Of a stretch of DNA of 64,000 nucleotides, positions 22,701 through 34,700 are shown one piece after another (positions within the stretch are counted from its first letter, which is position 1; each line of letters opens with the position of its first letter). The notes under the pieces were generated by a model. It was given only the letters and a program-made list of their open reading frames with translations. It had not been told where the DNA came from and did no database searches. This stretch comes from Vicugna vicugna (lineage: Eukaryota), in assembly GCA_013265495.1 (NCBI GenBank), contig MU057822.1, positions 95,133 to 159,132 of the forward strand. The letters are read 5' to 3'. Both the position numbers and the translations under genes were made by a program.

Positions 22701-25700
22701 CCCAACTGTGTGATTGGAGCCTCGGGCAGAATCAGCGAGTGATGCCCGAATCTGGGCACCAGAGACATACTGCCTGGGCTTGAATTCAGCTCTGTTCCTT
22801 CCCAGCTGGGTGACCCTGGGCAGACCACAAACCTCTCTGTTCCTCAATTCAGTGCTGTGCTGATAAACATTTAACGACTGGTCTTCCAAAAAGGGAGGAC
22901 CCCTGATGTGCAGTGTTTGCCCGTTTTCATGGTGCAAACATTCCCACGATGGCCTGATTTCAAGCTACCAATATGATGTCACTAATCAGGGTTGGGAAGA
23001 GACATGCAGTCACACAGCGCTGCACATGTAGTTCTACCATCCAGGTACAATGGGCATAAATAACCTTGAGAAAATAAATAACGCTAGATAATAGCAAAAC
23101 GTAGTAAAATCATTAGGGAGGGGTGAATTTTGAGTATTTGTTACCTTTGTTTTTAATATGTAGTTTAATTGTAAGTTTACATAATTTAGTTTTTAACAGT
23201 GGTTGTATTTAACAACAAGCTCACACAATTCCTGAAAATTTAACAATCAGTTCTCATGAGCCTGTCTAAGCCAGCTCCCGTGCGCCAACTTCCTCATCTG
23301 TAAAGTGAAGATAAAAATAGCAGCTCCTTGCTTGCTCTGAACACTGGATGAGATAATGCTTACAAGGTGCTTCATGCCACGCCCTGCCTGGACTGGGTCA
23401 GCCTTGGTCAACACTGGGCCCTTGTTTAGATTAGTCAAGGTGGAAATTATTTCCTCATATCTCGAAAAAGAATTTTTCCTGCTGGCTCTGTCTCCCAGGA
23501 CCTGCCTGAGATCAGATCAAGATATGGGCAGGAAAGAGATTTCAGTCTCATCAGGACTCACATGTGTTCAGGGCAGGAGGAAGAATTGTTCCGTCTATGC
23601 CTGTCTGTGTTAGATGGGGAGTGCGCAGAAATAATCAGAGTAGGAGTTGCCCCTTGTCTGGCCAGAGAGCAGATCCTGCCCGTGGGTTGCCCAGCTTAAA
23701 AAGTTAAAATGCCAGGGAAACAGCAAAGAGGGCCAAATCCTACCAGGACAGTGAAGGGAGGCTTCATGGAGGCAGTGATGACAAAGCTGGGCATTAAAGG
23801 ATGCATAGGAGTTTACCGTGATAATACTTAAAATCAAGGATGCTAAAATACAAATTACAAATCGTACAAGACTGTAAAATGATGAATGAAGCATGATGCT
23901 TATTGTTAATAATAACTGCAGTTACCCATTTATGGAGAGTTTATTACAGGCAAGGCCCAGGGATGTGCCCTGGACACAAACACAGATTATCTCATTTGAT
24001 TCTCACATTATCTTCATCTCACAGAGGACACGGTAGAGGCGAACAGGAGTGACATCGCGCAGCTAATGTGTGGCTGAGCCAGACTTTAAACCCCGATGCA
24101 CCTGACTCCAGAGTCCCAGCTCTAAATCACACTTCAGACTGCCAGGCTAGAACAGAGGACGATCCCAGCTGATGTTCCAAAGGTCAGAGACAGTTCAGGG
24201 TGTGCTGGGGACAGTGAGAAAGCCGTCAGGCTGCAGGATGGGATGGGGATGGAGGGGCAGTGGGAGGAGGGTGGAGGGAGACCCTAAGCCCTAGGACCAG
24301 GTTTAGTGGTTAATTAGAGGGCCGTGGAGATCCACACACAGCATGCTCTTCTCCCCTTCAAGGGGGAGCACTGGACAAGCCGCCACTGGGTGGGTGGACA
24401 GGGGCTGAAGGAGTTGAGCCAGGCCTTGGCCAGACCTCGGCCATCTTGGTCCATCCCTACCCTCTTGTCTGGAGCGGAATAGGAAGGCAGCCGCCCTCCC
24501 CCACACTTCCCCCCTGGCTTTCTGCCAGCTCGTTTTCATGGGCAGAGGCATCCAGGACTATGGATGTACTCCTGTTGGAATGGCCACACCCTGTCCCCAC
24601 CCCCAGCCTGCCAAAGGTCACCAAATCCCAGCCTGAGCTTTCCTGTCGGTCCCATTTTACAGCTGGGGCCACTGACAGGTGGAGGAACTTGCCAAAGATG
24701 ACACAGCAACCCTCCTAACCCTGGACTCCCTTGTCCCTAAGTGCCTGCCCCTTGGGGACAAAGGAGTCCAAAGTCAGGAGGGAGACACAATCCATCTTTA
24801 GGGCCCTGCCCTCTGCTCAGGGGAGACAAGAGAAAGGACCTCTCCCGGGCCTCAGGGATGTCACAGGCCAGCAGAGAGGCCTGAACACAACCAGTTAGGG
24901 ACAGGAGGAAAAACGTTCTGGCAGAAGGTTCCAGCACAGACAAAGGCCTGGACATGTGAACCTTGTCCCAGGTTGGGGCGCAGAGGCTTCTCCAGCCAGC
25001 AAGCAGCTCTGCTGAAAATAAAGACCAGCTGGGGCTGGAAGCTTCCCGGGCCCACCAGCCCCAGCCCCTAGTCTTTGTTTATTTGAGGAGAGCTTTCTGG
25101 GCAGACTGGCTGCCCCTCCCCTGGTCTCGGTAGGGCCGGCTTTCCCAACACGAGGACATCCTGTGGTTGGGGTGTGGGGAGGCCCTCAATCAGCTCACGT
25201 ATGCTGAGCCCACAGGTCTGGGACAATGGAGCAGCAGGCAAGGAGCCAGGGCACGGGGGCAGGGCCGCAGAGGACAGTGTGGGAGGAGTCAGAGCCCCTG
25301 GCTCAATCAGGAGAAGCTGGGTCTGAGCCTCCTCTGTAAGACTGGCGATGCCCCCTCCCCACAGGGCCAGCAGGAGGTCGTCACGGAGACAGGGCGTGGA
25401 CAGCATACCTAAGGCGCAGTCCACTTCTCGTGGTGATCCCAGGGCTCAGCAGGCCGGCTGAAGGCCTTCTCCCTGTGGGCCCGCTGAGGAGGCCAGAGCC
25501 CAAAGCTCTGAATAACCCCACTGGAAGTTCTGTACCCTGGCAGGCAGCCCCAGGACCCAGCCACCCACCCCCAGCCCCCCAGGGCTGCAGAAAGGGTGGT
25601 CCCAACGCAGGAGTGGGTGAGGTCTGTGCTGGGGGAGCCCCAGGCTCCCACACTGTGGCCTTGGAGCTCACGTCCTGCCCCACCTCGGCATGGGCTGAAC

Positions 25701-28700
25701 CAGGGCTATTTTTACAAAGTCTAGATCCGGCCAATCTGTTATTTGGAGAAGACTCGCCATCCGCCACATCCTGTGGGCAGGGAGGGTACTCAAGCAGGCA
25801 TAGGGTGGGCAGGGGTCCGGCTCTGCCCGAGTACACTGTCTGCCCAGAGGATGTGGAGGAGGGCAGCCCAGGCCAGCCAAGACGAGAGGAAAGACCCAGG
25901 AATGCCTGGCTTCATCAATGCCTGGAAGCCCACCACGCTCAGACTTCCTGCAGGAAGAATGGCAATTCATACTCCACTCAGGATATAAACTCTACGCTGG
26001 CCACTCAGGCTTCAGGGAGAGAGGTTCTTGGGCCTCCTTCCTGACAGGAGGGCCCTGGGGGGAGAGCCACAGGGGCTGCCCAGCTTTGCCTTCAGAACTC
26101 GGGTCTTTGCCAAAGAGGAAGGATGAGGGAGCGAGGCCAGAAGGAGACTCAGCCCCAGAGCAAAGGCGTCGTCTGGTTTCAGTCTGAGCTGGCTCTTCCT
26201 CTGTCCCCTCTCCCCGCTCCCCATCCTGGCACTTCCTCGAGATGCCACGAACCCCAGCCCTGAGTGGCCTTCCAACTTCCTCTGCCATCCATTCCCACAT
26301 TTGGCCCCAGAGTGAACCTCCTGCTGCACACATCTTACAAGGACCTGCCCTGCTCCGAAAACTTCTCTGGCTCCCCACTTCCTCAAGACAAAATCCAGAT
26401 GCCTTTCACCATCAAACTCTGCTGTCCAGCCTCCTCCCCTTCCACTCTCCCCACACTCCTGCCCACAACTGACAAAACACATATCAGAGCCAGCAATGCC
26501 ACAACCTCCACTCTCACTGCCCCCTTCCCCAGAGTTGCATTTATGCTGATTTCCTCAGATCCAGCTTCTAATTTGCTTATTTTCTCTTTAACTGGGTCTA
26601 ATCTACTTGTTAACTTGGCTAATTATTACATTTTTTTTACTTTAACACTATATTTTTCACTTCTGGAATCTCGATCTTTTAAACATCTCCCTGTCCTTTT
26701 TTTCTTTTTTTAATAATGTGCTATTCCTGTCTTATAAACTCTACTCTTTCTTTACAGTTTTGAATGTTAAGCATAAAGTCCCTTCAAATGAGTCTATTCT
26801 CTGCAATTCTTCAGAAGTTGGTTTCTCCATTTCCTGGGCTGGTGGACTGTCTCCCACAAAAGTAGGAGCAAAAGTGTGAGAGCACACTCATTTTGAACTT
26901 GGGTTTGTCTTCAGTGGGACTTGTCGTCTGTGTCCCGTGCCAGCCCCGGGTCATGAAGGCTTCCCTAAAGAGCAGTTTGGGATTTGCCTCCACTGGGGTC
27001 CCTCCCTGCAGAAGTGGTGGAATTCCCAGGTCTGTACACAGCAGGGGCTGGACTAGGCTCCCCGCACAAAATCAGAGCCAGGAAGGAGACGTCCTTTCAC
27101 GGGTGGGAAAACTTCCCACTGGCCTGGGGACACAGCTTGAAATCAGGAAACTTACCCTGGGCTCTGGGTGGAAACTGAATCACCCCTGCAATACAGAGCA
27201 AAGAAATCTCCAAGCCCTGAAACTAGGCCAGACTTGTCATACTTTGATGAACCTGGGTGATGGCTATACGTAAATGTGTTATACTAGTCTATGTTTTACA
27301 TGTATTTACATTTTTTCAGGATAAAAACGTTTACATTAAGAATACTGTAACAAGCTTCTAAGACACACACTGGGCCCCGCCTGCCTGCAGTATCAGCTCC
27401 CACCCCTGTGTTTGAGTTCAACTCTTTCCTTCTGGCACCTGGAAATTTCCCTGCTAGCTTTAGCTTTCAAACTCAACTCTGTCATTTAATTATGTTTTCT
27501 TGGCATATTTTATCCAGCTTGGAGGGGGGAAAAACATCTGACAAACTAACAAGCTGACTGGAACTCCTTTTTCCTGAACAAACTCCAACTCATCCTTCAA
27601 AGCCCCACTTAAATGTCCCCTCCTCGGGGACGTCTTCTTCACCTGCTACCAGGCACAGCTAGGTGCACATTCACTACTACCACCGCCACCACCCTGCCCT
27701 GCGTTCCCATAGTCCCCCAGGGTGGGGACTGGATACATCTACTCCTATAGTAAAAGATGTCCAGGGGGAAGGTATAGCTCAGGTGGTAGAGCACATGCTT
27801 AGTATGCACAAGGTCCAGGGTTCAATCCCCCAGTACCTCCTCCAAGGGTAAATAAACCTAATTACCCTCCCCCTGCCCCCTCTCCTCCCCCCAAAAAAAC
27901 AAACAAAAGGAGTACACCTGAGCGCCGGGACAGAGTCCATGGCAGAGCCCAGTACAGGGTCTGCCAAGCAGTGGGTTTGGCAGCAAGACCCAAGAGCTGT
28001 AATTCTGCCCTGGGCTCTCACAGAGGCCGAGCTACGGCCACTGCAGGGACCTCAGGGGCCAACTCAGAACTAGCAGCCACCTGCGGGGGGCTGCCGAAAT
28101 CAGGCTCTTCCCAAGCCAGCTTTCAGGCTCTCGTCCCAAGCAGGGGCAGGCCCAGGCCGAACCCTCAACCGCCCCCAACCCTGCCTCCGGGCCCAGCAGC
28201 CCCTGGTGCCCACAAATAAGCAGGCAGGCAACCCAGCTCTCAGCCCTGGCCCTTTGATCTGGGCAAGCAGCAACACCTGGCTGGCGCCCTCCCCCTGGCT
28301 CCGACCTTATCAGGGCTTGGGGAAGAGACAGGTGCCTGGGGCCCGGGCCAATTAGGTGATTTACTTGGTAGCCCGCTGAGTCACATCCTGGTCAAGCTCG
28401 CCTGGTTTCTTGGCTCATTTGGCCAAAGGGGCAAGGACACTCCAGGGAGCCATCCCAGCTGTGTCCGGGGTAGGCGGCAGGGTGAGGGCCGTAGGGTCAT
28501 GACTAGAGGGTCTCGGAGACTCACCACAGCTCAGAGGCACCCACCCTGAAAACACTGAGACACCAGACACTCAGGTGCCTGGGATGAGCCTCCCCAATCC
28601 AGTGACCATCGGTGCCCAATTCCAGGCCAAGAGAACCGCATACACAGAAATCCCAACATCCGGCCTGCTGCTCTCACCAAGGGACCTTAAGCAAGTCATT

Positions 28701-31700
28701 TCCCCTCTCGTGACCCACCTGGAAAGGGAAGCTGATCAGAGAGAGCTTGTAGGAGGAAGAATCAAACAAGATGATGCTGTGGTGATTTGGCCACCTCAGG
28801 CCAGGTCGCCAGGGAGAAGTAGGGACTTCTGGGACTTCTCTCTTAGCCAAGAAGGACAAAACTGTGGCGGTGCTATGACCCTCGCGGCCCTCTCACTGTC
28901 TCCCTGGGCGGCTGCACTGGCCTTGACCTCAGTCAGTGGGGGCTGAATGGAGGAGGCTGGGGCAGACCAGTCAGCAACACTAAGACCAGGAGGGGGATGA
29001 GGCTTGGGCTGGGTCACCAGTGACTCAGGGGCCACGGAGGGAGGGGGCTCGACAGCCACTCTCCCTCCTGCCTTTCCCTCACCAGCTCGCTCGGCAGCCT
29101 GCTCCTTCCCACGTGCCCTCTGGGCTTGAACTCTGTCTCCCCACTTTAAGTGCTGGTCACTATATTGCATGGAGCCCAGGTGGATGGAGGAATCTGTTCC
29201 AGGCCCCAGGGCAGGATGACTTGGTCTGACCCAGGCCGGGGAGGCCAAGCAAGGGTGGAGGAGCCAGTGGAGGGGCTTGGGCTTGAGGTGACGTCTGCAG
29301 GGGCAGGGACCTGGCCACACTTAGGAGGCACTGGACCCCACAGCCTTGCCTCAGTCTTACCTCGGTAGTTCTCACATATTAGGACCGAACCCTGGAGCTA
29401 TCATCTCACCTCTGTGAGTCCTGAAGACCCCTTCTGGGAAATGAGGACGGTGCTGAGTCTGGCTGAGTGGCTGTGGCCACCGGTCGTGGAGGGCTGGCAC
29501 TGTGCATTCTGGAATGCCACCTAGACAGGTCAGGCAGGTTCCTAGGCAGAGCCAGCTCACTCCACCCCTCCCTCCCCGGAGAGACCGGGAGGGGAAGGGG
29601 TTCAGACTGGAATGCAGACCCGTGGACCTTCTCCCCTACATCTAACCAGGCTTCGCAGCCAGATGGACGTGAGGACAAAGGGGAATCAGGGCCAAGGGAA
29701 CTAGCCACACGGCAAGGTCAGGCAGGAGACAGGACCAGCCCTGTCTGGCTCTGAATCTCTGCCCAGGCCTGAGGTCCTGCTGAGGGCACGGCCAGCACGG
29801 CCAGCATGGCCTCAGCCAGTGGGAAAATCAGGGAGCCAGGAGCTCAGGTCCCAGGGCCATGTAGCAGGCAGGGCAGGGACAAGGTTGACGTGGACCCTGG
29901 AGGTAGGGGCAGATAACTGCATAATCAGCTGCCAGCTGCCCTGGCCCGGATGGGGCTTGGGCCCTGCCTCCCCACCAGTCGCAAGGCTGGGGCCCCGGGG
30001 GAGAGGGGCCGAGGCCCTCAGATCCAGGTCTTGTCTGGGACCCAGGTCCTCAGGCTCCTGCCCTGAGTTTGCGGACCAGGTGGCATTTCCGGCTTTGGCA
30101 TCTACAAGGTGATTCCCATTCTTGCATATCACCCACAGCCCCTCAGGGCAGGTGTTGTTTGTTTTGTTTTACAAGAATAGAAGCACAGGCTCAAGAAGTG
30201 GTGCCTTCTGTGAGTGGCAACAGCGGGATTTGGACACAAGGCCCATGCTCTTTCCAGCGAGTCAGGACCTGAGAGAAGGCGAGCAGGAGCCCCCCACACC
30301 AGCAGGTGGAGACCACATGGGGGCCAGGGCGGGAGGGGGGCCTCACCTGACTGCAGCAAGCCGGCGCCACGGTCCTTGACCCCAAAGTGCTGCTGGATGT
30401 CCAGAAGGACGCCTGGGAGGAGAAGGCAGAGGGTGCTCACTGGCACTGTCTGATGCCTGGGTGCCGCCATCCCCCCGACCCCACCTACGTGACCCCCAGT
30501 CCCAGCCCTAGACCAGCTCTCTTTTCACCTTATAGGGCCCAGCCTGGCCCCATCTTGAGAACTCCACCCTGCCCAGTTTAGCCAGGCCACTGGGGACCCT
30601 GGAGGCCAAGCTTCCACCCGGCCCCCACCGGGGCTCCCGTGCTCACCCGGGGAATAGGACCCCACCCCCTCACTCAGCCAATTCAGGGTTAGGGGGTGTC
30701 CAAGGCACAGAGAGGCAAGGTTCCTCCCAGGTCCCTCAGCCGGGTGGCACAGCCAAGCCTCCCACTGCCAGCCTGGACCTCTTGCCCACCTGGGGCCTAG
30801 CTCCAGACTAGGAGCTGGGACCCCAGACATGGACCCTGCCCTCAGGGGAGACCACACAGCGCACAGCCCAGGGAGTGTGTGGGCAGCCACTGAAAGCTGC
30901 AGGGAAGCCCTCTGGCTGAGGAGGGGCGGGGAGGACTCGCAGGCAACGCTCATACCTGCTCACACGCACGTGTGCACAGACCCACGCTCCCCCAGCTGTC
31001 CTCAGGAGTATAACCAGGACCCCAACTTTCCAACGCAGGAGCTGAGAGGCAGAGGGAGGCAGGGGGGCTCTGGGCCTGCCTTCTTGGGGGAAGGGGAGCC
31101 CTTGAGGCTACGTCTGCCCTTCTCCCAGCTTCCAGCCACCTCTGCTACCTCATCAGGGCTTTATATACCAAAAGGCGGCGGCAGCCAGAACAACTGGAAA
31201 CTATGGGCAGCTGTGGACAGACCGAGCCATGGCTGTATGGAGGCCAGCAACCAGGGCTCCTGGTTGAGTAAGCACAACCCCCAGCCCCGCAGGCCCAGGG
31301 CCCCCGCCTCCACTTATCTCTGAGAACAGCAGGAGGCCGGGCCACAGGCCAGAGCCCCCCTGACCACTGCACGTCTGCACTGAGAAGGGCTGGGGAGAAA
31401 AGAGACAGGGGCTGCCCCAGGAGCTCCCCACGGAGGGGTCAGAGGAAGGACCGGGCTCCTGCCTTTGGGGGACTCCCAGAACTATTCCACGTGATGAGGG
31501 TGACGTCAGCCTTTAAAATGTCGATGGTCTGCATTATTGAGAATTAAGCGCTTTACTAGTTTACCCCTACTAAAGCATCGTCCCACAGGATAGGTGAGGA
31601 AACTGAGGCACAGAAGGTTAAGTCACATGTTCAGAGTCACACAACAGGGAAATGGGTGAAATTGGAATCTCCAGACAGTACAAGGGTCCCATCTGAGCTG

Positions 31701-34700
31701 AGGGATTTCCTGGGCTGCAGGGTCAGCCCGGCTGGTGTTCTAGCAGCCTGACAGCCCAGAGAAGCTGGTCTCCTCCTTGTTAATACCCAGAGTGGATTCA
31801 CCCTAATTACCCATAATGAAGAGACTGTGCAAGACCCAGTTAATGACTTAATAACTAGGGCGGTCTGTGACCTTGCCTTGAAGGCAGAAGCCAGGGGCCA
31901 GTCCTGGCGCTGTGGATGGCAGGGCCACCAAGTGGGACCTCCGAGGTGCCCTGACCCGGCCTCAGAGGCCCCGAGTCCCATCAGGGCCTGTGGGTGGCAT
32001 GGCTGGACCTGACCTTGGGGAGCCACCCACACTCACCTCCCAGCCCCACAGCCCATTCCCGGTCCTGAGCGAGGGCTCTGTAGCCTCCTGATCTGACCAC
32101 ATCCCTCTCGTATAATCACCATCACCTGTGACTTCCCATGCTCAGGGGAGGAGCCAGGCCCTTCACCAGGCCATGAAGTTCAGCCCCGCCAACCCCGCCC
32201 CCCAGCCTCACTTCTCAGGAATCACCCCTCCACCCCATTCTCCAGCCACCCTAAACTACTCATGGCCCCCCAACTACATACCCTCCCTCTTCTGACTTTG
32301 GCACAGTTTTGTTGGCTGAACTAATTCCTGCCATCTCTCTAAGACTAGTTTAGATGCCTCCTTTTCCGGGAAGTCTTCCCTGATCTCTCTCCATCCCACT
32401 ACCCTCAATAAGTTAGTTGCCCCCACTCCCCCCGTCCATCCTTGTTTTAGCATTTGTCACACTAGGACTAGTTAGCTCTACAGAAAAGACACAGAAGGAT
32501 GTGGATATAAGCTCCTTGGACCCACTGTGGCTGGGAGCTAAGAGCTGCTAGTTGCTGGTTCCTGCTAAGTTCCAGCCACCATGTGAGGCTCTACAGATGG
32601 TACTTCTATCCCTGCTATCCATGCTGATCTATGACTATCATCCCATCTTACATGTGAGGAGACCCAGGTTCCAAGAAATAAAATAACTGTTCATGCAGCA
32701 CATAAGATGTCAGAGGTGAGATTTGAAATCAGGTCTATTGCCAAAAACCAAGCTGTTCTTCTACTGCAGCACCTCTGTGTGGTCCACTCTAGACCCTCAG
32801 CCTGGGGTCTGGCACACAACTAGCCCACAGTGACTTTGTGGAGTGGATATATAAGCAAAGATGGGAGAGGCTTGCCTCATCCACTACTAGACCATGAACC
32901 CCTTGAGAGCTGGGACCATGGCCAGTCATCTCCAGAACCCAGGACAGGGACTGTCACAATTTAGGCATTGGGTAGACAGAAGGATGAGCAGAGTCAGGAG
33001 ATGGTAGGAGGGTAAAACTCCGCCTGGGTCCTGCACTGCGGGTCCCCACCTACAGCCCAGAGGAGGGCATGGATCTGTGGTAACCACAGGGTCACTCTCT
33101 GGGAGGGAGGCCATATCAAAATGGTCATCATGAAGGTGGCAAGTGTCCACAGCAAATCGAAACACTCTTGCTTCCTCCCTGAGGCACATCCTAGCCATCT
33201 GACTAAAAGTACTCTCCCCACCATACTCCGAGGTCCAGCATTTGCCTCTGCCTCCAGGAAGCCTCCCTTGACTTCCTCTACTACACAGAGTTCCTGGTAA
33301 GGGGGAGGAATGGACATATCCAGATGGGCATCCAGGCTCCCCAGGAACTCCTGAACAGTCTAGATCCCAGGAAGCTTTGAATGCCCCCACCTCAGCACCT
33401 CAGAGCCTCAGACTTGGGTCCAAGGCCTGAGTTCCTGGCAGAAGGTCAGGGAAACCCTTCCAGGGAACAGGGGCTCATATAGGCCTTAAGATCCTAGGTC
33501 AGGCCCTGCCTGAGCCTTTCTGGGTTGCTTTTCCTCTCCGAGGCCTGGTAAAGGCCACAGCCACAGGCGAGTGAGACCCCACTGGCCGCCGGCACGGGGA
33601 GCGTGTGTCATAGCAGCTCGGCCGGGCGTCTCAGATTTTCCTCTGGGCTCCTGGCCGGCTTAGACCCACACACCCCCGCCCTTCTTCACCACAGCCTTAT
33701 TTTTAGCCTCTTTCCTGGAGGCTGAGGTTTAGTGGGTCACAGGATGGGCCTCACGCCCAGGAGCAGCCTCCTATAGCTCAGACCAAGCCCACTCCACCAG
33801 CCCCACCAGCCCGGGGCAGGCAAGGTGGGGCTCCCACCCCACACGCAGCCCCCCGCATCCCACGGCCACAGATCCCAGTCCAGGCCTCTCCAGGCAGTCA
33901 CCCCAAATCCACAGCCAGAATCGTCCTCTGCCCACAGGGGCCTCCTCCCTGGGCCAAGAAAACATTCTGGAAAAGCAAGAGCACCTGAATTTTCTTACCC
34001 ATTGACCCTAATTACACCCCTGTCAAGCCTCCACGGGGCTTGCCTCTTGTCCCAGACCAGCTGGCCCTCCTGCCTTTCGGGGCTCTTGGCCTGGGTCAGC
34101 CGCTGGCTTGAGCTGTCCTGTCAGCATTTCCGTCACTTTTGTCCCCTATACGCCAGCCCACAGACATGCTCACCTCTCTCTCATCCTGGTGGTGAAAGCA
34201 ATCCTTCTTTGTCCTCACTGCCAGCGGCTCTTTCTCACTCCCCCTACTTCACAGCTGAAGTCTTAAAAGAGTTCTCGCCCCTCCCCAACTCCATGTCCTC
34301 ACCTCCATCACCCTCTGAAACCGATCACCTCATGGTGGTCCAACCCCACAGGCTCTCTCATCCCTCAGTGTCCCAGCTACCTGGATTCTGATTCCACGTC
34401 TCCACTCCCTGGTCCACTACCAGGCCGTGACACCCTCCTCGCCTCCCATGAATGGGCCCCAGCAATTCTCTCTCCACCACCTGTCCTCCTATCTGGGCTC
34501 CCTGCCTCCAGCCTCTCCCAGCCCATCCAGCATCCTTCCTGCAGCCTGGTCTCACAAACACTTGTCAACTACCTACTAAGTCCTGGGTTGGGGCTTCAGA
34601 CGCCACAAGATAGTTTCTGGACTCAAGGAGCTAAGGCCATGACCCAGTGGTTGCTCAACTCTGCTCGGGCTCAGAGGTGCCCAGGAGTTCTTCAGCATGC

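Noticed and set aside
27764..27840. tRNA gene
   Set aside because: A and B boxes are present but followed by a SINE body, A-rich tail and TSD; no clean cloverleaf or T-run terminator
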